From assembly GCF_009914755.1 (NCBI RefSeq), contig NC_060947.1: a DNA stretch of 64,000 nucleotides, one strand, 5' to 3'. Below the pieces are notes generated by a model. That model was not told the origin of the DNA, did not search any database, and saw only the letters and a list, made by a program, of their open reading frames with translations. Source of the stretch: the human T2T-CHM13v2.0 reference genome, Homo sapiens. The translations under genes were made by a program, and so were the position numbers. Position 1 is the first letter of the stretch. Each line of letters opens with the position of its first letter. Positions 13,803-33,250 of the stretch are shown one piece after another.

Positions 13803-15270
13803 ACACTTGTTATTGTTTCTTTTTTACTGTAGCCATTCTAGTGTGTGTGTCATGGTATCTTATTGTGGTTTTTATTTGCGTTTCCTTAATGACTAATGGC
13901 ATCCTTTCATATACTTATTAGTTATTTGTATGTCTTTTTTGGTGAAGTGCCTATTTAAGTCTTTTACCCATTTTTAAAATTGTGTTGTTTGCCTTTTTAT
14001 TACTGAGTTGCAAGAGTTCTTTACATATTCTATATAAAAGCCCTTTATTAGATATATGATTTGTAATATTTTATTCTTTTCTGTGGTTTGTGTTTTAATT
14101 TTTTAATTGTGTCTTTGAGGTGAAAAATATTTTAATTTCAATAAAGTCCAATTTATAAGTTGAAGGTCATGAAGAGTTTTTTCTGTTTTCTTCTAAAAAT
14201 TGTTTTATAGGTTTAGTTCTTACATTTAGGTCTAGGATATACTCTGAGTTAATTTTCATGTGTGGTATGTGGTAAGCCGCTAAGTTCCTTTTCTTTCTTT
14301 CTTTCTTTTTTCTTGTTTTGCAAATTGATTCTCAATTTTCCTGGCACCGTATGTTGTAAAGGCTGTTTTTTCTGTTTGTTTGTTTGTTTTTCTCATTGAA
14401 TTGTCTCAGTGCCTTTGTTGAATGTAACTTGAACATAATTGAAAGGGTTTATTTCTGGTCTCTCAATTCTGTTCTATTGGTCTATATACCTATCATATGC
14501 CAATCTCATATTCTTTAGATTACAGTGGTTTTACAGTAAGTTTTGAAATTGGATATGTAAGTCCTCTAACTTTGTTTCTCCTTTTTCAAAAATATTTTAA
14601 CGCTGCATTTCCATATAAATTTTAGAATCAGTTTGTCAATTTCTATAAAACAGTGTGATGAGATTTTAATAGGGATTATATTGAATCTGTAGATCAGTTT
14701 GGGGAGAAATGCCATTTTAACAGTACTGAGTGTGTCAATTTATGAATATGGAATGCTTCCCTATTTGGTTAGATTTTTCCCCAATTCTCTCAGCAATGTT
14801 TTGTAGTTTTCAGTGTACAAATATTACACTTCTTTTGTTAAATGTATTCCCAAGTTTTTATTCTTTTATATAATATTGTGGATGAATTTTTTTAATTTCA
14901 TTTTTATTCATTGATAGTACATAGGAATACAATTAATTTTTTCATGATCTTGTATTTTGTAAACTTGCTAGGCTGGTATGTTAGTTGTAGTAGGTTTTGT
15001 GTAAACTTTAGGAATTTTTAACATGTGGAATCATATAACCTCAAAATAATTGCATGTCTTCTTTTCTAATCTCTCTGTATGTGAATATGTGTTTAGTCTC
15101 ATTGCACCAACTAGAACCTGCAGTACAATTTTGAATAGAAATGGCAAGGATGTTCATCCTTGTTTTGTTCTTAATATTATGTTAAAACTTTCAGTCTCTA
15201 AGTATGATGGTAGCTATAAGTGATTTTGTGCCCTTTCTCAGGTAAGGAAGTTCCTTTATATTTTTATTTT

Positions 15271-17520
<2,250 letters not shown>

Positions 17521-18080
17521 TATTTTTATTTTACTGAGAATTTTTGTCATGAATAGGTGGTAGATTTTGCTAAATACTTCTCTTATCTACTGAGATGATC
17601 ACATGGTTTTTTGTCCTTTATTCTATTATTATGGTGCATGAAATTAGTTGATTTCCAACATGTTATATATACTTTCTATTCCTAAGCTATATTCCATTTG
17701 GCTATCTTGTATAATCCTTTTTACAAGTTGCTGAATTTGGTTTGATTACATTTTGTTAAGTATTCTTGCATCTATGTTCATGAGGAATATTGGTTTGTAA
17801 TTTTTTGTGTATATGGTATTTTGGCCGCTTCTCTGTAGTCTGGAAGAGTTTGTGAAGGTTTAATGCTAATTTTTTCTTTAATGTAGAATTTTTGGCTCTA
17901 GTATATCTCCTTTTCCTACTCCCTCTTTTCTTTACTATTAGTGTCACATATATTGTAACTCTATATGATATAAATCCTACAAAATAGTGTTATACTTTTT
18001 CTTATGTTCTTTAAAGAAGTTTAAAGAAGAAATAAGAAAAAATATTTATAGTCTTTGATGCTTATCCATGTATTTAGCAT

Positions 18081-18395
18081 TTCCTTCCTTCTTTCCTTTC
18101 TTTTCTTTCCTTTTTCTTTTTCTTTTTCTTTTGCTCTGTCACTCAGGCTGGAGCACACTGGTATGAGTATAGTTCGCTGTAACCTTGACCTCCTGGGTTC
18201 CAGTGATCCTCCTGCCTTAGCCTCCCAAGTAGCTGGGACTACAGGCATGTATGACCACATCCAACTTATTTTTTATTTTTTTGTGGGTCTTGCTGTGTTC
18301 ACCAGGCTGATGTTGAACTGCTGGACTCAGGTAATTCTTCTGCCTTGGCCTTCAAAAGCACTTGGGATTTCAGGCACGAGCCACTGTACCTGGCC
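18081..18395 (-). mobile_element. AluJ-like SINE
   Basis: Diverged Alu dimer in antisense with a TTTC-rich tail. Confidence 0.85.
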
Positions 18396-18523
18396 TTTTA
18401 ACATTTCTTATGCTCTTCATTTCATCCTGTGGATTTCATTTACTATCTTATGTCAGTTCCTTTTAGCCAGAAGGATTTTCTTTAACATTCTTTTGTAAGG
18501 CAGATCTGATAGTTATGAATTCT

Positions 18524-18838
<315 letters not shown>

Positions 18839-18979
18839 TGATAGTTATGAATTCTTTACGTGCTTGCTTATTTCTTTATTTCACCCTTATTTTTGGAGGA
18901 TTTTTTTTTCTGAATATAGGATTTGTGGTTGACATTTTATTTTATCTTTTTCCAGCTCTTCGGATATATCAGTCCACTT

Positions 18980-19100
18980 TGGGATGGTTAATTTTATGTG
19001 ACACCTTGACTGGACCATGAGGTGCCCACACTTTTAGTCAAACATTTACTCTGGATGTATCTCCTATTGTTTCTGTGTCTCTGAAGAACCCTAACATGCA
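18980..19100 (+). mobile_element. Internally deleted MLT2 solo LTR
   Basis: 5' terminus tgggatggttaattttatgtgacaccttgactgg joined to 3' terminus tctcctattgtttctgtgtctctgaagaaccctaac. Confidence 0.7.
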
Positions 19101-19825
19101 CTATTTTGTGGCCTCCATTGTTTTTGATGAGAAATTAGCTGCTAATCATATTATTTTTTTCTTTATATGTAGTGGTTAGGTTTTCTTTTGCTGCTTTCAA
19201 GATTTTCTGTTTGCCTTTTTGTCATGTTGTGAATTTCTTTGTGTTTATCTTACTTGGAGTTTGTTGAGTTATTGCACTTATAAATTAATGTTTTAATCAA
19301 ATTTATGAAGTTTTTATTTATTATTTTTGTGAATACATTTGTTCCTTTCTCTCTTTGATGATTCTGTTATGCACATATTTTTACATTTGATGTTGTCCCA
19401 CAAATTTCTGTGCACTCCGTTTATTATTCTTCAATCTTTTTTACCCTCTGTTCTTCAGATAGGACCATTTCTATTGATTTAAATTTAGATGTTCTGGTTT
19501 GTCTGCCAGCTTAAATCTACTGTTGTGCCCGTCCGATGAAATTTCTGTTTAATTTCTTACACTTTTCAATGTCAGAATTTCCATCTGGATATAATGATTA
19601 TCTCTTTATTGAAACTCTTCATTCATTGAGTTATTGATATCATACTTTAATTGTTTCAGTATGGTTTGAACGTATTCATAATAGCTGCCTTAAAGTTTTT
19701 TGCTAAATCTGGCTTCTGGAGACACTCAGAGACAGTTTCTATTGACTATTTTTCCCCTCATTATAGGTCCCTCTTTCATTCTTTCAAACCCCAAGTAAAA
19801 TAAACAGAAAGAAATAAACATGTGA

Positions 19826-22608
<2,783 letters not shown>

Positions 22609-23379
22609 GAAAAATAATATGATTAGGAGAAAGAAAGAACAAATACGTCCTTTGTTTTTTGGAATACTGTACATTTTAGACAATATATTATAGCCACTCT
22701 GAATTCTTATTTTTTTCCCTAGAGAGTTTCTGTGTTTGCTGATTGTTCTCTTTTGATTTGTTTTGTTTAGTAACTTGCCTGCAGTTAATTTGTGGAATTG
22801 CCCTACCTAATGCTTTACTCTGAGATTTGTGGCTGTTGATGTCTCTGCTGTTTTTCCCCTCATTTTAACTTTTTTAAAACTTGGCTTTCTAAGTGTTACT
22901 CCTTTGCCTGCATAACTTAACATTCAGCAAAGATTGGTCAGAAAGTTGTGCTTAAATCTTTTTAGTCAGTAGGGTTTCTACTGTCTGCTGATAAATCTGT
23001 TTGTGGGCTAGGGAATATATTCAGTCCATTTTTAAGTCTTCCCCAGCCTGTGTTTTTTTTTTTTTCATTAGGTCCTCTTGTATCTCCTTTGCACATACAT
23101 GCAGACTCTTTCATCCAGGGATATGTGGGTGGTTTGGGCCCACTTCAGTCTCTGCTGTGCATGTGCAGACTCTTCAGTCAATTTGGGATATGTAGGGTGC
23201 TCATCAAGCCCCCTGTGGATGATCCACTTCTAGGAACTCCCTGTTAAATCCCCTCCTAACCTACCAGTCCATTGCTTGCTGCAAACAAAACAGAAACTTC
23301 AGGCTCCCAGAGCCACTGGTCTTTCATATTCCCCTGTAATTGAGGTCACCATTTTAACTGACTATATTCAATATGTTCT

Positions 23380-25530
23380 ATAGCTGACATCATACTCAAT
23401 TGTGAAAGACCGAAAGCTTTTCTTCTAAGATCAGGAACAAGAGAAGGATGCCTGCTTTCACTACTTCTACTTAATATAGTACTGGGAGTCCTAGTCCGAG
23501 CAATAAAGCAAGAAAAAGGGATAAGGTATATCCAAATTGGAAGACAAGAAGGAAAATTATCTCTGTTCACTGGTGACATGATCTTACATGTAGAAAACCC
23601 TAAAGATTCTATGAGAAAGCTGGTAGAACTAATACATGGAGTCAGCGAAGTTGCAGAGTACAAAATCAACATGCAAAAATCAGTTGTATTCCTGTATAAC
23701 AATGATCAACCTGAAAAGGAAATTTAGAAAATAATTTCATTTACAATAGCATCAAAAAGAATAAAATACTTAGGAATAAAAGGAGGTGTAAGACTTATAC
23801 ACTGAAAACTACAAAACATTGCTGAAAGAAATTAAAGAAGATACAAATAAATGGGAGATTTAATATCATTAAGATGTCAATACTACCCAAAGCTATATCC
23901 AGATTTAATCCAAGCCCTATCAAAATCCCAATAGCATTTTTTGAAAAAATAGAAAAGTTCATCGTAAAATTCATGTAGAACCTCAAGGGAGCCCAAATAA
24001 CCAAAACAGTCTTGAAAAAGAAAAAAGTTGGGGGCCTCATACTTTTAGGTTTCAAAACTTATCACAAAGCTACAGTAATCAAAACAGTGTGGTACTGTCA
24101 TAAAGACAGACATGTGGACCTGTGGAATAGAATAGAGAGCCCAAAAATAAACACTCACATAACATGGTCAAATGATTTTTAATGAGAGTGCCAAGACAAT
24201 TCAATGTGGGAAAGGACAGGTTTTTTTTTTTTTTTCCAACAAGTGGTATAAAAAAGAGATATCCACATGCAGAACAATGAACTTGGACCTTTATCTTATA
24301 TCACATATAAAAATTAACTCAAAGTAGATCAAAAGCCTAAACATATGTGCTAAAACTATAAAACTCTTTGAAGCAAACATAGGAGAAAAACTTCATGACT
24401 TTGGATTTGGCAATGATTTCTTGAATATGACACCAAAAGCATAGGCAACAAAATAAAAATAGATAAACCGGATTATGTCAAAATTTAAAACATCTGTGCA
24501 TCAAAGGACACAATCAACAGAATGGAAAGCCAACCTATGGAATGGGAGAAAATATTTTCAAATCATATATCTGATAAGGGGCTAATATATTCAGACTATA
24601 TGAAGAACCTCTACAGCTCAACAACAAACCAAATAACCTGACTAAAAAATGGGCAAGGGATTTGAATAGACAATTCTCCAAAGAAGACATACAAATGACC
24701 AACCAGCATATGAAAAGTTGTTCATCATCACTAATTATTAGAGCAATGCAAATGAAAATCACAATAAGATACTACTTACCTATTAGGGTGGTCACTATTA
24801 AAAACAAAGAAACAAACAAAAAACAGAAAATAACAAGTGTTAGCTTTTAGCGAGGATGTGGAGAAGTTGGAATTCTTTTGCACTGTTAGTGGGAATGTAA
24901 AATATTGCAACAACTATAGGAAAAGAGTATGATAGTTCCTCAAAAAGTTAAAAATAGAATCACCATAATGTCTAGCAAATCTACTTCGGGGTTTATACAC
25001 AAAAGCATTGAAAGCAGGATCTTGGAAAGATATTTGCAGATATATGTTCATAGCAGTATTATTCACAAGAGCCAAAAGGTGGAAGCAACTGAAGTGTCCA
25101 TTGCCATGTGAACAGATAAACAAGATATGGTGTATACATACAGTGGATTATTATTCAGTCTTAAAAAGAAAGGAAATCCTGAAACATGATACAACATGGA
25201 TAAACTTTCAGAATGTTATGCTAAGTATAATAAGCCAGCCAGTCACAAAAAGACAAGTATTGTATGATTCTATACAGGTAAGTACTTACAGTAGTCAAAT
25301 TCATAGAGACAGAAAGTGAAATGGTGGTTGCCAAGTGCTGGGGAAAACAAAGAACGGGCTGTAACTCTTGTTTAATGGATATAGAATTTTAGTTCTGCAA
25401 GATAAAAAGAGTTCTGGAGACTGGTTCCACAATGATATGAATGTACTTAACACTACTGAACTGTACTCTTACACATGGTTAAGATGGTACATTTTATGTT
25501 GTGTATATTTTACCACAATTTTTAAAAATT
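23380..25530 (+). mobile_element. L1MB-like LINE-1, 3' ~2.1 kb
   Basis: Degraded ORF2 3' half plus L1MB 3'UTR (gttctggagactgg...atggttaagatggtac...ttttaccacaat). Confidence 0.85.
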
Positions 25531-26784
25531 AGTAAAAGACAACCAAGTGAGCCTCCTCTGGTGGACATAGTGAAGCTATTGATGTTCATGACTTACCCTG
25601 CCCCGGTTGAACTACTGCATGAACAGAACTGGCACAGGTGGGGTGGAAAGGTGCTAGAGGGAGCAGGCCCAGGTAAGAATGCCACAGATTTAAGCTCTTC
25701 CTACCTGAAGATCAGTCGTTTTCATGAATAAATGTTTCTCTGTTTGTTGTATGCTCATGGTCAAGTTTCAGATTGCTGAAATGGTTGTTGTTTTTTTAAA
25801 CAGATTTGTCCAGTTTCATGGGGAGAGGATTTTTGATTTCCTCATCCCAGAAATGAATCTGTCTCCAATGATTTTCAATTTTAGAGTCATAGACCCTTCT
25901 CCATTGACAGATTACTGGAAGAGTAAACAAAAGGAATAAAATGAGAGCTCTGGCTGTGCTTGGTTGCCCCCTGACTTTTATGTCACATGTTCCACGGCCC
26001 CTGAATGAGTTCAGGGGAACCCAACTAAGGTTCCTTAAGACACAGTAGAAACAGCACCTTTACTAGGTATCCAAATAGTATCCCATTTTAATAAGTAAGT
26101 AGTTGACACTTGGCTTTATCATGACATTATGTCTCATTGTGTGGGCAGGATGTTTTTATGGTAGAGAATAAGTAAATATGGTTATTTCAGAAGAAGAAAT
26201 TAATCATTCCTTTCCCTGTTCATTTCTTTGATTCCTTTCAGATTAATGCTAACTATCTTCCTCAAAAAAAGCAGCCTACATTTCTTTCTATAAGGTTTCT
26301 AAGACAAAGACCTAAGAAATGAATTTTTAATTTTTCAACACTTCTATTGGATTTTAACAAAAGATCTTGGGAAGTACTTGACTTTAGCTTTGGTATGATG
26401 ACAGTAGAAATTTTTGAGAATGGTTAAACTCATACCTTGGGATGTGAATTATATGCAGTTTACCTGAAGTAACTTAGGTGTAAATATTATACAAAAAAAA
26501 AAAAAAAACCTCTAAGAGATAGACAGTGGGGTTCTACCATCAACTTCTAATTCTTTATCATAAAGTTAATAAAATCTTTTCATCTGGCATGATTAAGAAA
26601 AGAGTCTTTGTTTTGGTCCAGTGGCAAAACTTACTTTCTCACTGGATGTTAGCTGACAATAAGAGTTCAGCCCATTAGGCTAAAAAATGGAAGGTGGCTT
26701 TGGTGGGGATTGAGGTATTCCTATGTAGCCACTTTATGCTTACTAACATCTGGGCCACACAATCTTCTATTTAGGAACTACTTA

Positions 26785-27036
<252 letters not shown>

Positions 27037-27133
27037 TCAGCCTTTGCAAATTTATTGAGACTTGATGTGTCACCCAGTCTATATGCTATCCTGTAGAATT
27101 CTCTGTGTGTACTTTAAAAGAATTCTTACTATG

Positions 27134-30100
27134 CAGGGGTTACAATCCTAGTTTCTGAGAAAACAGACTTTAAACCAACAAAGATCCAAAAAGACAAAAA
27201 AGGGAATTACATAATGGTAAAGCATTCAATTCAACAAGAAGACCTAAAAATCCTAAATATATAAGCATCCAACACAGGGGCACCCAGATTCATAAAGCAA
27301 GCTCTTAGAGACCTTCAAAGAGACTTAGACTCCTACACAATAATAGAGGGGGACTTTAACACCCCACTGAGAATATTAGGTCATTGAGACAGAAAATTAA
27401 CAAATATGTTCAGGACCTGGACTCAGCACTGGTTCAAATGGACCTGCTAGATATCTACAGAACTCTGTACCCTCAAACAGAAGAATATACATTCTCTTCA
27501 TCGCCTTGTGGTACTTATTCTAAAATTGATCACATAATCAGAAGTAAAACACTCCTTAGCAAATGCAAAAGTACTGAAATCATAACAGTCTCTCAGACCA
27601 CAGTGCAATCAAATTTGAAATCAAGACTAAGAAACTCAAAACCATACATTTACATGGAAATTGAATAACCTGCTCCTGAATGACATTGGGGTAAATAATG
27701 AAATTAAGGCAGAAATCAAGAAGTTCTTTGAAACTAATGAGAAAAAAGATACAACATACCAGAATCTCTGGGACACAGCTAAGGCAGTGTTAAGAGGGAA
27801 ATTTATAGCACTAAATGCCCACATCAAAAAGTTAGAAAGATCTCAAATTAATAACCTAACATCACAACTAAAAGAACTACAGAACCAAGAGTAAACAAAT
27901 CCCAAAGCTAGCAGAAAACAAGAAATAATTAAAATCAGAGCTGAACTAAAGAAAAAACCCTTCAAAAGATCAATGAATCCAGGAGCCATTTTTTTAAAAA
28001 AAATTAAAAATATATATTGCTAACTAGACAAATGAAGAAAAGAGAGAAGATTCAAATAAACAGAATAAGAAATGACAAGGGGGATATTACCACTTACCCA
28101 ACAGAAATTCAAACAACCATCAGGGAATATTATGAACACCTCTATGCACATAAACTAGAAAAATTAGAAAAAATGGACACATACCTGGACACTTACACCC
28201 TCCCAATAAAGAAACAGGAAGAAATTGAATCCCTGAACAGACCAAAAATGAGTTCTGAAATTGAAGTAGTAATAAATAGCCTACCAACCAAAAAAAGCCC
28301 AGGACCAGACAAATTCACAGCTGAATTCCACCAGATGTACGAATAAGAGCTGGTACTGTTCCTACTGAAACTATTCCAAACAATTGAGGAGGAGGAGGGA
28401 CTCCTTTCTAACTCATTCTATGAGGCCAGCATCATCCTGATACCCAAACCTGGCAGAGATACAACAGAAAAACAAAATTTCAGGCCAGTATTCTTGATGA
28501 ACATTGTATTAGTTCATTGGCATGCTGCTATGAAGAAATACCTGAGACCAGGTAATTTATAAAGGAAATAGATTTAATCGACTCACAGTTCCACATGGCT
28601 GAGGAGGCCTCAGGAAACTTACAATCATGGCAGAAGGCACCTCTTCACAGGGCAGCAGGGGAGAGAATGAGTGCCTAGTGAAGGGGGAAGCCCCTTATAA
28701 AACAATCAGATCTTGTGAGAACTAACTCCCTATCATGAGAAAGAAATGGAGGAACTGCCCCCATGATTCATTTATCTCTACCTGGTCCCTCCTTCAACAC
28801 AAGGGGATTATGGGAACTACAATTCAAAATGAGATTTGGGTGGGGACACAGCCAAACCATAACATTCTGCCCCAGGCCCCTCCCAAATCTCATGTCCTCG
28901 CAATTCAAAACACAGTCATGCCCTTCCAACAGTCTTCCAAAGTCTTAACTCATTCCAGCATTAACTCAAAAGTCCAAGTCCAAAGTCTCATCTGAGACAA
29001 GGCAAGTCCCTTCTGCCTATGAGCCTGTAAAACCAAAGGCAAGTTAGTTATTAGTAATACTTCCTAGATACAATGGGGGTATAGGCATTGGGTAAAATGC
29101 ACCCATTCCAAATGGGAGAAATTGGCCAAAACAAAGGGGCTACAAGCCCCTGCAAGTCTGAAATCTAATGGGGCAGTCATTAAACCTTAAAGTTCCAAAA
29201 TGATCTCCTTTGACTCCATATCTCACATCCAGGTCATGCTGATGTAAATGTGGGCTCCCATGGCATGGGGCAGCTCCACCCCCGTGGCTTTGCAGGGTAC
29301 AGCTCCCTTCCTGGCTGTTTTCACAGGCTGGAGTTGAGTGTCTGAAGCTTTTCCAGGTGCATGGTGCAAGCTGTTGGTGGATCTAACATGCTGGGGTCTA
29401 CAGGACGATGGCCTTCTTCTCACAGCTCCACCAGGCAATGCCCCAGTGGGGACTCTGTGTGGGGGCTCTGACCCCACACTTCCCTTCCACACTGCCCTAG
29501 CAGAGGTTCTCCATGAGGGCTCCACCCCTGCAGCATACTTCTGCTTGGACAACTGGGCATTTCCATATATCCTCTGAAATCTAGGTAGAGGTACTTACAA
29601 CTTAATTCTTGATTTCTGTGCACCCACAGGCCCAACACCATGTATAAGATACTAAGGCTTGGTGCTTGCACCTTCTGAAGTAATGGCCTGAGCTGTATGT
29701 TGGCTCCTTTTAGCCATGGCTGGAGCTGAAGCAGGTGGGATGCAGGGCACCATGTCCTGAGGCTGCATAGAGCAGGGAGGCCCTGGGCCTGGCCCAGGAA
29801 ACCATTTTTCCCTCCTAGGCCTCTGGGCCTGTGATGGGAGGGGCTGCCACAAAGGTCTCTGACATGACCTGGAGACATTTCCCCCATTGTCTTGGTGATT
29901 AACATTTGGCTCCTCATTATTAATACAAATTTCTGTAGTCAGCTTGAATTTCTCCCCAGAAAATGGATTTTTCTTTTTATATTGCATTGTTAGTCTGCAA
30001 ATTTTCCAAACTTTTATGCTCTGCTACCTCTAGAACACCTTGCCACTTAGAAATTTCTTCCACCAGATACCCTAAATCATCTCTCGCAAGTTCAAAATTC

Positions 30101-33100
30101 CACAGATCTCTAGGGCAGGGGCAAAATGCCATTAGTATCTTTGAATAGCAAGAGTGACCTTTATTTCAGTTCCCAACAGGTTCCTCATCTCCATCTGAGA
30201 CCACTTCAACCTGAACTTCATTGTCCACATCACTATCAGCATTTTGGTCAAAGGCATTCAACAAGTATCTAGGAAGTTCCAAACTTTTCCACATCTTCCT
30301 GTCTTCTGAGCCCTTCAAGTTTCTAGGATGTTCCAAACTTTCCCACATTTTCCTGTCTTCTTCTGAGCCCTCCAAATGGTTCCAACCTCTGCCTGTTACC
30401 CAGTTCCAAAGTCACTTCCACATTTTTGGATTTCTTTACAGCAGCACCCCACTCTCTGCAGTACCAATTAACTGTATTAGTCTGTTCTTATGTTGCTATG
30501 AAGAAATACCTGAGACTGGACAATTTATAAAGGAATTAGGTTTAATTGACTTACAATTCCACACAGCTGGGAAGGCCTTAGGAAACTTATAGAGGAGGGC
30601 ACCTCTTCACAGGGTGGCAGGGGAGATAATGAGTGCCCAGTGAAAGGGGAAGCCGCTTATAAAACCATCAGATCTCATGAGAACTAATTATCATAAGAAC
30701 AGAATGGGGGAAACCACCCCCATGATTCAATTATCTCCAACTGATCCCTCCCACAACATGTGGGGATTATGGGAACTACAATTCAAGATGAGATTTAGGT
30801 AGGGACACAGACAAACTGTATCAAACATTGATGCAAAAATCCTCAACAAAATACTGGAAAACTGAAACCAGCAGCACAGCAAAAAGTTTATCCACCACAA
30901 TTAAGTAGGCTTCATTCCCGGGATGCAAGGTTGGTTCAACATATGCAAATCAAAAATGTGATTCATCATATAAACAGGAATAAAGACAAAAATCACACGA
31001 TTATCTCAATAGATACAGAAAAGGCTTTTGATAAAATTCAACATCCATTAATGTTAAAAAAACTCTCAATAAGCTAGATATTGAAGGAGTGTACTTCAAA
31101 ATAATAAGAGCCATAAATGACAAACCCATAGCCAGTATCATATTGAATAGGTAAAAGCTGGAAGAATTCCCCTTGAAAATTGGCACAAGACAAAGATGCC
31201 CTCTCTCACCACTCCTATTCAGCATAGTATTGAAAGTTCTGGTCTGGACAATCAGGCAAGAGAAAGAAATAAAAGGCATCCAAATAGGAAGAGAGGAAGT
31301 TAAATTATCCTTGTTTTCAGATGATGTAATTCTATATCTAGAAAACCCCACAGTCTCAGCCCGAAAGTTTCTTAAGCTGATAAACCACTTCGGGAAAGTC
31401 TCAGGATACAAAATCAATGTGCAAAAATCACTAGCAATCCTAGACACCAACAACAGTCAAGCCAAGAGCCAAATCAGGAATTAACTCCCATTCACAAATA
31501 CCACAAAAATAATAAAATGCCTAGGAATACAGCTAACTAGTGAGGTGAAAGATCTCTACAAGGAGAGCTACAAATGACCGCTCAGAGAAATCAGAGATGA
31601 CACAAACAAATGGAAAAACATGACATGCTCATGGATAGGAAGAATCAATATTTTTTAAATGGCCATACTGTCCAAAGCCATTTATAGATTCAATGCTATT
31701 CCTATTAAACTACCATTAACATTCTTCAGAGAACTAAAGAAAAGTATTTTAAAATTCATATAGAACCAAAAAGGAGCCCGAATAGCCAAGGAAATCCTAA
31801 GCAAAAAGAACAAAGCTGGAAGCATCATGCTACCTGATGTCAAACTGTACTACAGAGCTACAGTAACCAAAACATCATCATCCTGGTACAAAGAAAAAAA
31901 AGAACTATAGACAAATGGAACATAATAGAGAACCTAGAAATAAGAATGCACACCTACAACTATCTGATCTTTGACAAACCTGACAAAAATGGGGAAAAGA
32001 TTCCCTATTCAATGAATGGCGCTGGGAGAACTACCTAGCCGCGTGCAGAAGATTGAAACTGAACCTCTTCCTTACACTATGTACAAAAATTAACTTGACA
32101 TGGATTAAAGACTTAAATGGAAAACTGAAAGCTATAAAAACCCTGGAAGACAACCTATTGCCTGGAAGGCAATACCATTCAGGACATAGGCACAGGCAAA
32201 GATTTCATGACAATGCTAAAAGCAATCGCAACAAAAGCAAAAATTGACCAATGGGATCTCATTAAACTAAAGAGCTTCTGCACAGTAAAAGAAACTATCA
32301 TCAAACAGACAACCTATAGAATAGGAGAAAATTTTTGCAAACTATGCATTTGACGAAGGTTTAATATCCAGTATCTATAAGAAATTTAAACAAATTTACA
32401 AAACAAAGACAGCCCTATAAAAAGTGGGCAAAGTACATGAACATATCCTTTTTAAAAGAAGACATACATGTAGCCAACAATCATATGTAAAAAAGCCCAA
32501 CATCACTGAGCATTAGAGAAATGCAAATCAAAACCACAATGAGATACCATCTCACACCAGTAAGAATGACTATTATTAAAAAGCCAAAAAATAACAGATG
32601 CTGGCAAGGTGGTGGAGAAAAAGGAAGGCTTATGCACTGTTGGTGAGTGTAAATTAGTTCAGCCGTTGTGGAAGACAGTGTGGTGATTGCTCAAAGACCT
32701 AAAGACAGAAATACCATTCAACCCAGTAATCTCATTACTGGATATATACCCAAAAGAATATAAATTATTCTATTATAAAGACATATGTACGTGTATGCTC
32801 ATTGCAGCACTATTCACAATAGCAAAGACATGGAATCAACCTAAGAGCCCATTAATGATAGACTGGATAAAGAAAATGTGGTGCATATACACCATGGAAT
32901 AGTATGCAGCTATAAAAAAGAATGAGATCATGTCCTTTGCAGGGACATGGATGGAGCTGAAGGCCATTATCCTTAGCAAACTAACACAGGAACAGAAAAC
33001 CAAAGACCACGTGTTCTCACTTATAAATGGGAGCTAAATGATGAGAACACATGGACACAGAGGGGAACAACACACACTGGGGTCTTTCAGAGGGCAGAGG

Positions 33101-33250
33101 GTGGGAGGAGGGAGAGGATCAGGAAAAATAACTACTGGGTACTAAGATTAATGTCTAGGTGATGAAATAATCTGTACAACAAACCCCCATGACACAATTT
33201 TAGTTATATAACAAACCTACACTTGTACCCCTGAACTTAAAAGTTAAGAA
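27134..33250 (+). mobile_element. L1PA13-like (PA11-PA15) 5'-truncated LINE-1 interrupted by an MaLR provirus
   Basis: Disrupted ORF2 from the EN domain to the end; 3'UTR gagggagaggatcaggaaaaataact...; target motif aagaat(t/g)ctta(c/t)tat on both sides. Confidence 0.85.
28505..30823 (-). mobile_element. Full-length MSTA/THE1D-like MaLR element (LTR-int-LTR)
   Basis: LTRs at 28505-28864 and 30473-30823, ~1.6 kb internal region, 5-bp TSD aacat at 28500-28504 and 30824-30828. Confidence 0.93.

Noticed and set aside
30265-30375. ~55-bp tandem duplication in the MaLR internal region
   Set aside because: As I recall, this duplication is common among THE1D/MST internal sequences, so it is probably not locus-specific.
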